DNA of 64,000 nucleotides from an uncultured Elusimicrobia bacterium (GTDB lineage: Bacteria; Elusimicrobiota; Elusimicrobia; Elusimicrobiales; UBA9959), in assembly GCA_903873295.1 (NCBI GenBank), contig CAIQNV010000064.1:29049-93048 (forward strand), in the 5' to 3' direction. Below are positions 53,938-60,560 of this stretch, piece after piece; the first letter of the stretch is position 1, and every line of letters starts with the position of its first letter. A program made the position numbers and the translations under genes. The notes under the pieces were generated by a model. That model was given only the letters and a program-made list of their open reading frames with translations, made no database searches and was not told where the DNA came from.

Positions 53938-54690
53938 ACTTGGAACCAGCTTGTAGCCCACGCAGGGCACCGTGTGCACGTAGCGCGAGGCCTTGCCCAT
54001 TTTGGAGCGCAGCCGGCGCACGTGCACGTCCACCGTGCGCGGGGAACCGAAATAATTGTAGCCCCAGACGCGCTCTATCAGGTAGGGCCTCGACAGCACG
54101 CGGTTGGGGGAGCTCAGGAACACGTAGAGCAGGTCGAACTCCTTGGCCGTCACCTTTATTTCCTTGCCGTTTATCTTCACCGTGTAGCTGGACATGTTCA
54201 GCTCCACTTCGCTCATCTTAAGCACCTCGTCGGCCTGGACGCTCACCGTGCGGCGCACGACGGCCCGCACGCGGGCTACGCTCTCGTGCAGGTCCTGGCT
54301 GTAAGCCAGGCACTCGTCCGCGCCCAGCTGGAAAAAAGCCAGCTTATAGGAGATCTTGGGAGTCTCCCTGCCGGAAGGCCCGTGCGGCAGCAGGGTCTCC
54401 ATGCTGAGGCCGGACGGCATGTGGTCCAGGTAGGTATCCGGCGATTCCAGCATGGCTATGACCGGGATATTCTTATTCTTGGCCCTGAGGTTGCGCAGGA
54501 AAGTCAGCCCTTCCTCGTCGGCCAGGTTCTGGCCTATCATCACCATGTCAAAGGATTTCTCGGCCAGCATCCCCATTACTTCGCGCGCGCGGTGGGCCGT
54601 AGCCACCGCGTAGCCCTGCCGCGCCAGCATCTCAAGTATCAGGGAGGCCCGAGAGAGGTCCTTTGAGGCAAAAATGATATTTATTTTCAC
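53932..54690 (-). CDS. OmpR/PhoB-type winged-helix regulator with a degenerate (pseudo-)receiver domain, ~252 aa
   Basis: The C-terminal wHTH reads YTVKINGKEIKVTAKEFDLLYVFLSSPNRVLSRPYLIERVWGYNYFGSPRTVDVHVRRLRSKMG...VHTVPCVGYKL. The receiver-like N-terminus has IIFASKD instead of the D-D pair and FDMVMIGQNLAD with G at the phospho-Asp position, and shows no conserved T/S or K. I prefer the GTG start at 54688-54690 with AGGAG 6 nt upstream; the track start at 54726 is a TTG. Confidence 0.75.
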   Translation of the reverse strand: MKINIIFASKDLSRASLILEMLARQGYAVATAHRAREVMGMLAEKSFDMVMIGQNLADEEGLTFLRNLRAKNKNIPVIAMLESPDTYLDHMPSGLSMETLLPHGPSGRETPKISYKLAFFQLGADECLAYSQDLHESVARVRAVVRRTVSVQADEVLKMSEVELNMSSYTVKINGKEIKVTAKEFDLLYVFLSSPNRVLSRPYLIERVWGYNYFGSPRTVDVHVRRLRSKMGKASRYVHTVPCVGYKLVPSK

Positions 54691-54765
54691 AGGTTCTCCT
54701 AAGGGAACAGGCGGAGGCGAAGGCAAAGCAAGAGAGTGAGGCCGCTTTGCCTGTCCCTGTTCCTT

Positions 54766-55062
54766 TTAATCGTGATGTATTTCTTCTATATCGAAAGTAA
54801 CGCCGCGCAGCCCCAGCACGCCGGTGAGGATGTTGTACGCGAAGGCGGCGAATACCAGCACCGCCGTGCTTATCACGACGTAAAGCAGGGAGTAAAGCCC
54901 CACGCTGAGCACCTTCTGCATAAAACTCATGGAGGCCAGCTGCATATTGGGGACCACCATGAAAGTCACCACGCCTCCGAGAAGCGCCAGGCAGAAAATA
55001 ACCAGCGGCACAGAAGAGATCACCAGCGAACCGACACTGACATTTCGCACTTCAAGTTTCAT
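54766..55062 (-). CDS. Small integral membrane protein (3 predicted TM helices), 98 aa
   Basis: A strong SD (GGAGGAAAC) precedes the ATG. Hydrophobic segments: LVISSVPLVIFCLALLGGVVTFMVV, VLSVGLYSLLYVVISTAVLVFAAFAY. I recognised no family. Confidence 0.6.
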   Translation of the reverse strand: MKLEVRNVSVGSLVISSVPLVIFCLALLGGVVTFMVVPNMQLASMSFMQKVLSVGLYSLLYVVISTAVLVFAAFAYNILTGVLGLRGVTFDIEEIHHD

Positions 55063-55150
55063 GTTTCCTCCATTACTCGCTTAGGCGCCGTTCCGGGGGC
55101 TTCGCCCGCCGGACGGCCGAAATAAATAACAGCGGGCGGGCCCGGTTGCT

Positions 55151-55179
55151 AATATAATACATAATTTGGGGATTGAAAA
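55151..55179 (-). promoter_or_regulatory. Sigma70-like promoter candidate upstream of the small membrane protein / pseudo-receiver regulator genes
   Basis: On the minus strand: TTTTCA (complement of 55174-55179), a 17-nt spacer, then TATATT (complement of 55151-55156). Confidence 0.3.
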
Positions 55180-55192
55180 TCGAAGATAGAAG

Positions 55193-55226
55193 ACCGGGTC
55201 CGGAATCTTAAATCCGGAATCCCGGG
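55193..55226 (-). terminator. Hairpin immediately after the HAMP-sensor gene stop
   Basis: The arms are ccgggtccgga and tccgga(at)cccgg, an 11-bp stem with a 2-nt bulge and 8-nt loop. On the minus strand it is followed by the T-rich tail tcttctatcttcgatttt. Confidence 0.4.
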
Positions 55227-55228
55227 CT

Positions 55229-56344
55229 CTACACGTTTATACTGGCTTTAGGGTAGAACAGGATCAGCGTGCGGTTAGTCTCCGCCGTCTGCCCCACATG
55301 CAGCACTTTCACGTTCAGGTTCTGGTTCTTGAAGACGGTCTCGCCCTCGACCGGCTGGTCGGGCATCTCAAAGGCCTGTCCCACCAGGCGCAGCAGCGTC
55401 TGCTGCTGGCTGTCCACCACGTCGAGCAGGTGGATGTTCTTGATATCCATCCCGGAGGTAAGCTCGAAATTGGCGTAAAGGATGCTGTTGTTCTCGTCAA
55501 CCACTATCACGTAGTTGCTGGCGGGCACGATGATGTTCAGCAGGGAGCGCCACCAGCGCTGCTCCGCCTCCTTGTAGGTGCGGTCCCTGTTGGAAATTCC
55601 GTCTATCTCCGTCTTCATCTTCCCCATCAGCCGCGTAATGGCCCCGGAGAGGTCCCCGAACTCGTCGGAGCGGGCCGGGAAACGCAGGTCGAAGTTCTTA
55701 AGCGAAACGCTTTCCACGCTGTCGCGCAGCGAATCCATGGGGGAGATGACGTAATGGTGGAAGAAGAAATAGAGCGGCAGGCCCAGAAGAAAAAGCACGC
55801 CGACGGCGCCGAACACGTACTTGCGCATGGCGGAGCCGATAAGCACCTCGGCGCCGGCCCTGGACACCATCATATCTATTATGCCGATGATCTCGCCGCG
55901 GACCGAGAACGGAATAGCTATCTCGTAAAAAGGCTCGCCCTTCACCTGGCGCACCTTCGGCATCTTTGAGAGGTAGGCCTGCGCGATGGCGTCGGTGGGC
56001 GGGGGCACCTGCTTCTGCAGCTCGTCCCAGCCCATGCCCATGAACCGGGATTCCTTATGCCAGCGCACCTTGCCCTGGCGGCTGAGATAGATCAGGGAGG
56101 TAATGCGTTCGTCTTTGGCCAGCGACTGCATGATGTCGTACTCCTCGAAAGAGATGGCGTTGGAATTATTGAGCAGGCCGTTGCGCAGGGTGGGCGCGTA
56201 AACCTTGACGGTCTCTATGACGTCCTGCTTAAGCTTCTCGTCGAAGGTCCACTTGAAGAGATTGTAATAAAAGATGCCGCCCAGGAACATCACGTAGATG
56301 CCTATGCCGACGAACCACATTAGCCATTTTACGGTAAGCCGCAT
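55229..56344 (-). CDS. Membrane sensor-like protein (2 TM, HAMP, PAS-like C-terminus, no output domain), 371 aa
   Basis: I chose ATG 56342-56344 (MRLTVKW...) with GAGGG 7 nt upstream; the track start is a TTG. TM1 is WLMWFVGIGIYVMFLGGIFYY, then a ~150-aa external region and TM2 FGAVGVLFLLGLPLYFFF. HAMP: HHYVISPMDSLRDSV...FGDLSGAITRLMGKM. A ~110-aa alpha/beta tail follows, with no H-box or ATPase motifs. Confidence 0.7.
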   Translation of the reverse strand: MRLTVKWLMWFVGIGIYVMFLGGIFYYNLFKWTFDEKLKQDVIETVKVYAPTLRNGLLNNSNAISFEEYDIMQSLAKDERITSLIYLSRQGKVRWHKESRFMGMGWDELQKQVPPPTDAIAQAYLSKMPKVRQVKGEPFYEIAIPFSVRGEIIGIIDMMVSRAGAEVLIGSAMRKYVFGAVGVLFLLGLPLYFFFHHYVISPMDSLRDSVESVSLKNFDLRFPARSDEFGDLSGAITRLMGKMKTEIDGISNRDRTYKEAEQRWWRSLLNIIVPASNYVIVVDENNSILYANFELTSGMDIKNIHLLDVVDSQQQTLLRLVGQAFEMPDQPVEGETVFKNQNLNVKVLHVGQTAETNRTLILFYPKASINV

Positions 56345-56454
56345 AAATTCGCCCTCAGACAAAAGGTGGATAGTGCTGTTAAAATTCTACAAAACGCGCG
56401 TTACGAACTTGTTACAAAACAATTAATAGCTGTGAGTGCCCGGCGGCGGAAAAA

Positions 56455-56552
56455 CCGCGAAAACACGGAGAACACGGAGAAGCACAGAGAGGAGTTCCCC
56501 GGGAATAAAAAATTATCTCTGTGCGAATCCGTGCTCTCTGTGTCTCCGTAGT
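56455..56552. repeat. CACGGAGA-type inverted-repeat element, copy 2 (degenerate)
   Basis: The sequence reads ...acacggagaacacggagaagcacagagagg...(AT-rich centre gggaataaaaaattatc)...tctgtgcgaatccgtgctctctgtgtctccgt. It lies in the gap between the TPR gene and the HAMP-sensor gene. Confidence 0.6.
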
Positions 56553-56578
56553 GAGCAGTTATTGATCCTTATCTTTGC

Positions 56579-57895
56579 TTACTGCCCGCCGGAAAGTATC
56601 GACTCTATGCGCTTGAGGCCGGCCGCCGCGTCGGCGTTGCCGGGGTCGAGCTGCCGGGCGATGGTCCATTCGTCGCGGGCTTTGTCGTAGTTGGAATTCT
56701 GGAAGTATTTGATGCCTTCCATGTAATGGCTCTGCGCGGCCAGGCGGTTCTCCTCGCTTACGCCCTGCGGCTTTTTGCCGACTTCCTCCACGGCGACGCC
56801 TTTGCGCTTGGCCTCGGCCTCGGCGGCTTTGCGGTCCGCCTCCTCTTTCGCGCTCTGCTCTTCCTCCGCCTTCGCGCGGCGAGCGGCCTCTTCCGCGCGG
56901 TGCCTCTTTTCGTCGCCCTCAAGCTTCATCTGCTCGCGGGCGCGGGAGATAAGCTTATTCAGGTAGCCCATGTTGGCGGTATAAGGTTTGGCTTTATCCC
57001 ACTCGCCGATAGCCTCGGGGTAGCGGCGGGTGCCGTAAAGCTTCTTGCCGGCGGCCAGATAACCGTTCTCGATCTCGGCTCTGACCTCGGCCATCAGCTT
57101 ATTGGCCTTGGAATCGCCCGGCTGCACCTCCAGCGCGCGGCGCAGGCCCTCATAGGCGTCCTTAAGACGGCCCTGGGCGTAAGACTCCAGCGCCGCCTTA
57201 AGCTGATCGTTAGCCTTCTGCTGGCGCAGTTCGTCCTCTATGCGGGTGATCCACGCTATCGTGAGGGCGTCCCTGGGCCTTATCAGCAGGGCATTGTAGA
57301 AATTATCCAGCGAGTTTTTCAGGTCCCTGACCTGGTAGTCCTGCGAGCCCTTCTGGAAATAATAATCCTTCAGGTCTTCCTTCATCTTGGAAAGCCAGTA
57401 TTTGGCTTTGATATTGTTAGGGGAAAGCTTAACGACCTCCAGCATTTTGGCGTGGGCCTCCTCGATGCGGCCCTCGGTATAATAGGAAAGGGCCGTCTTA
57501 AAGCGGTCCTCTATCATCAGCTTTTCGCTCATGCCCGGCTTCGCGCTGCCCCGCAGCTGGTTGGAGGCTTCCAGGAGCATCTGCGCGTCCTGGTAGTTGG
57601 GGTCGATGGAAATTATCTTCAGCGCCAGGTCCTTGGCGTCCTCGTAGTTGCCGTTGCGGTAATACTCGTAGGCGTTCTCATAAATATTATCCAGCATATT
57701 GCCCTGCAGCTTCTGTTTCTCCAGGCGCACCAGCTCCAGGAATTTCCGCTTTTCATCCAGCTCGTTCAGCGCCCCGAGGCCGGTTTTCTGCAGGTCGAGG
57801 AAAAGCGACTCCTCGCTTTTTGCGCGCTTGGACTGCGCGGAAGCCGGGGCGCAAAGCGCCGCCAGGAAAATAACCGCCATAAATATATTGGTCAT
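56579..57895 (-). CDS. Secreted TPR-repeat protein with a charged coiled-coil segment (possible TadD-like role), 438 aa
   Basis: Signal peptide: MTNIFMAVIFLAALCAPASA/QS. It has multiple 34-aa TPR-like units (e.g. YEYYRNGNYEDAKDLALKIISIDPNYQDA, ALSYYTEGRIEEAHAKMLEVVKLSPNNIKA, GIKYFQNSNYDKARDEWTIARQLDPGNADA) and a Lys/Glu/Ala-rich stretch RHRAEEAARRAKAEEEQSAKEEADRKAAEAEAKRK. It lies directly downstream of tadC. Confidence 0.8.
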   Translation of the reverse strand: MTNIFMAVIFLAALCAPASAQSKRAKSEESLFLDLQKTGLGALNELDEKRKFLELVRLEKQKLQGNMLDNIYENAYEYYRNGNYEDAKDLALKIISIDPNYQDAQMLLEASNQLRGSAKPGMSEKLMIEDRFKTALSYYTEGRIEEAHAKMLEVVKLSPNNIKAKYWLSKMKEDLKDYYFQKGSQDYQVRDLKNSLDNFYNALLIRPRDALTIAWITRIEDELRQQKANDQLKAALESYAQGRLKDAYEGLRRALEVQPGDSKANKLMAEVRAEIENGYLAAGKKLYGTRRYPEAIGEWDKAKPYTANMGYLNKLISRAREQMKLEGDEKRHRAEEAARRAKAEEEQSAKEEADRKAAEAEAKRKGVAVEEVGKKPQGVSEENRLAAQSHYMEGIKYFQNSNYDKARDEWTIARQLDPGNADAAAGLKRIESILSGGQ

Positions 57896-57951
57896 AAGTA
57901 AGTGGTAAGGATCAGGCGGTAAGCGGCAAGTTCTTAATTCTTGATCCTTTC
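57896..57951. repeat. TAAG-rich intergenic element, copy 2
   Basis: The sequence is aagtaagtgGTAAGGATCAGGCGGTAAGCGGcaagtTCTTAATTCTTGATCCtttcc. It contains the inverted repeat aaggatca (57907-57914) / tgatcctt (57942-57949) and fills the whole tadC-TPR gap. Confidence 0.6.
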
Positions 57952-58851
57952 CTAAAACGGCATTCCTCCCGTTATCAGGTCGCTTATCATAGGGGCCAGC
58001 ATCAGTATGAACACCGTCGGAAAAATAAAGATGAACAGCGGGATGAGCATCTTGGTGGAGGCCTGCGCGGCCAGCTTCTCGGCCTTGTTAAGGCGGCGGA
58101 AGCGCATATCGGCGGAATAGTTGCGCAGCAGCTCCACCAGGCTGGTGCCCAGCTCGTCCGACTGCACGATCAGGCCCACGAAGGAGCGCACTTCCTGCAG
58201 GCCGGTGCGCATGGACAGGCGCCGCAGCGCGTCGCGGCGGGCGTAGCCCAGCTGGACCTCGTTGATGGTCTTCTCTATCTCCATTTCAAGTCCGGTCTTG
58301 ACCGGGGCGATCTTGACGATGCGGTCGAAAGCGGTCATATAATCCAGGCCCGACTCTATCATCAGCGCCCCGAGATCGACGAAGGTGGGGAAGTTGCGGA
58401 TGATGTCTTCCTGGCGGCGGCGTATGCGGCCGGAGTAAATAGCGGCGTCGGGCAGCAGGAAGCCCAGCGGCGCGAAAATAACGGAGAACGGGGACTGGCT
58501 GAGCGCGTAGGCCATCACCGGCAGCGCGGCGCCGGCTATAAGCTTGAGGTGCAGCATCTTCAGCGGATTGGTGCCGTGCGGACTGCCCAGCAGCATAAAG
58601 GTCTCTTCCAGCTTCTTCTCCATGCCCAGCTGCCTGGCGAAAAAAAGATCCAGCTTGTCCCAGAAACTCTTGCTGCCTTCAAGCTTCGAGAAGGCGGAGG
58701 TTTCCCTCCCCTCCATGTCGCTGATGTCGCCTATCGCGGAGCGGGCCTCCTCGCGCGGGGCGAAAAAGCGCTGCACCGCCGTGAAGACGGCGAAGGAGCC
58801 TATCATGGAGACTATGATAAGCAGCACGCTGGTTATTTTATCAGGGCTCAT
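57952..58851 (-). CDS. tadC: TadC-like pilus-assembly inner-membrane platform protein (T2SS-F domain), 299 aa
   Basis: The GspF/T2SSF-type core reads IIRNFPTFVDLGALMIESGLDYMTAFDRIV...LGYARRDALRRLSMRTGLQEVRSFVGLIVQSDELGTSLVELLRNYSADMRFRR...MLIPLFIFIFPTVFILMLAPMI. Its start overlaps the tadB stop (ATGA). Confidence 0.8.
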   Translation of the reverse strand: MSPDKITSVLLIIVSMIGSFAVFTAVQRFFAPREEARSAIGDISDMEGRETSAFSKLEGSKSFWDKLDLFFARQLGMEKKLEETFMLLGSPHGTNPLKMLHLKLIAGAALPVMAYALSQSPFSVIFAPLGFLLPDAAIYSGRIRRRQEDIIRNFPTFVDLGALMIESGLDYMTAFDRIVKIAPVKTGLEMEIEKTINEVQLGYARRDALRRLSMRTGLQEVRSFVGLIVQSDELGTSLVELLRNYSADMRFRRLNKAEKLAAQASTKMLIPLFIFIFPTVFILMLAPMISDLITGGMPF

Positions 58852-60407
58852 ACGCGTATCTTCCCGAGGCTGGACACTACCTTCATGCCGATGGCCACCC
58901 AGACGACGCAGAAAGCCGCGGTGGCCATGCCCAGCGGCGTGCTGTAGAACTTTATCATGGTCTCGGGCTGGAACATGAACATTACGCCCACCATCACCCA
59001 GGGCATGATGCCGACGACGATGGATTGGATCTTCTGCTGGGCCGTCATGGCCTTGGTTTTTTCCTCAAGCTTGGATTCCTCGCGGATGTCCACCACGATG
59101 CGCTCGAAAACTCTCGTCAGGTTGCCGCCCATCTGGCGCTGCAGCACTATGGCGCGTATCATGTAGGCGAGCATCTTCGACTCCACGCGCTCCTCCAGCA
59201 CGCCCAGGGCTTTTTCAAAGGACATGCCCAGCTGGTAATTTTTAATGACCAGGGCGAACTCGTCGGAAATGGGCGGCGTGAGGTCCTTGGAAACCATCTC
59301 GAAGCCCTGCACCACGTCGAGGCCGGAGCGCAGGCAGTTGGAGAGCAGTATCAGCCCGTCCATAAGCTGCCCGTCGATCTTGCGGCCGCGCGCGGCCTTC
59401 ATGGTATTCAGCACGAAGGCCGGGGTGCGCATACCGATAGCCAGCCCCAGCGCGCTCAGGAAGAGGAAAGCGAAGATGTTCATGGTGAGCATGCCCAGCA
59501 GCGCGAACAAGGCCGGCGGGCCGAGCACCAGGTATTTGACGTTTATATTTATGAACTGGCGGGAGAAAGCCTCGGTAAAGGTTTCCACTTTTTTGGAATA
59601 GTCGCCCATCATCGCGTTGGTCTTGGAATCGTTCATGGCGAAGAAAGCCTGAACGGCCAGAAAGATCAGGATGATGCCCAGCATTGAAAGCGCCGTGTTG
59701 AGGATCTTGGTCTTGTCGGATTCCCGGGGCGGGGGCTCGTATCTGCGCGGCGCCCTCCCTAGAACGCGGAAAGAGTCCTGGGCGATCACGGCGGAAGCGG
59801 TGACGGCGTCGGCGTAACGCCGCTGGTTGGTGCTGGAGATGGCGTCCGCTATGGACTCCATCTCCTTAAGAATAAGGACGAACTGGGCCATTATAGTGCG
59901 GCCGCGGCCCTCCATCGAATCGCCCATGGTAATGTCGCGGGTGCGGGCGCGGTAAAGCCTGTCCATGGACATCTGAAAACGTATGCGGATATCCGCGTAT
60001 TCCTTCACCAACAGGGCGGGCTGTATGTTAGCGCCCCCCGCCTCGGGAGGGAAGGTTTTGCGGGTAAGCTCCAGGTACTCGTAGACTATGGAAACGGGGG
60101 TCTGCCAGAGCGTGGCCTCGGAGATCTCCCCCTCCTCCGGGTCCCGCCAGACTTTGCGCCCCGTCATTTCTATCACTACGGGCCCCACCCACTTGGGCAT
60201 TACATAAGTGGACTTCACGCCTTTGCAGGTCATGGGGAAATTTACGACTTTGGGGTCCCTGTCGGGGGCGAGGTAATAATAAAACAGCTGCGTCTTAAGG
60301 GCGGCGCAGGAAACCTCGTCCATCTCCGCCTGCGTAAAAACGCCCGCCTCCGCCGGTTTCCCCGCGAACGCGCCAAGCAAAATTATTACCGCCGCTAATT
60401 TCTTCAT
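58848..60407 (-). CDS. tadB: TadB-like platform protein (T2SS-F domain) with ~260-aa N-terminal extracytoplasmic extension, 519 aa
   Basis: The C-terminal half reads RKIDGQLMDGLILLSNCLRSGLDVVQGFEMVSKDL...LGMSFEKALGVLEERVESKMLAYMIRAIVLQRQMGGNLTRVFERIVVDIREE...IQSIVVGIMPWVMVGVMFMF. The N-terminus MKKLAAVIILLGAFAGKPAEA is a signal peptide followed by a unique domain. I prefer ATG 60405-60407 over the GTG at 60428, which lies inside a repeat arm. Confidence 0.8.
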   Translation of the reverse strand: MKKLAAVIILLGAFAGKPAEAGVFTQAEMDEVSCAALKTQLFYYYLAPDRDPKVVNFPMTCKGVKSTYVMPKWVGPVVIEMTGRKVWRDPEEGEISEATLWQTPVSIVYEYLELTRKTFPPEAGGANIQPALLVKEYADIRIRFQMSMDRLYRARTRDITMGDSMEGRGRTIMAQFVLILKEMESIADAISSTNQRRYADAVTASAVIAQDSFRVLGRAPRRYEPPPRESDKTKILNTALSMLGIILIFLAVQAFFAMNDSKTNAMMGDYSKKVETFTEAFSRQFININVKYLVLGPPALFALLGMLTMNIFAFLFLSALGLAIGMRTPAFVLNTMKAARGRKIDGQLMDGLILLSNCLRSGLDVVQGFEMVSKDLTPPISDEFALVIKNYQLGMSFEKALGVLEERVESKMLAYMIRAIVLQRQMGGNLTRVFERIVVDIREESKLEEKTKAMTAQQKIQSIVVGIMPWVMVGVMFMFQPETMIKFYSTPLGMATAAFCVVWVAIGMKVVSSLGKIRV

Positions 60408-60422
60408 AAAAAATTTACTGCT

Positions 60423-60538
60423 TACCACGGAGACACGGAGAACACGGAGAACACGGAGATAAATCTTGCCGGAGATCTTCCCTGCATTTTCCGAATAAAC
60501 GCCTCTGTGTTCTCCGTGCTCTTCGTGTCTCCGTGGTA
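60423..60538. repeat. CACGGAGA-type inverted-repeat element, copy 3 (longest)
   Basis: The arms are taccacggagacacggagaacacggagaacacggag (60423-60458) and ctctgtgttctccgtgctcttcgtgtctccgtggta (60503-60538), pairing at 33 of 36 positions with a 44-nt centre. Each arm is built from tandem ACACGGAGA 9-mers. It lies between the ATPase gene and tadB. Confidence 0.85.
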
Positions 60539-60560
60539 TTTCCTCGCCGTTAAGCCCTTG

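Noticed and set aside
51933-60538. I considered whether the CACGGAGA repeat clusters are CRISPR arrays.
   Set aside because: The repeated unit is only 9 nt and is arranged as two inverted arms around a single centre. There are no regularly spaced unique spacers and no cas genes in the window.
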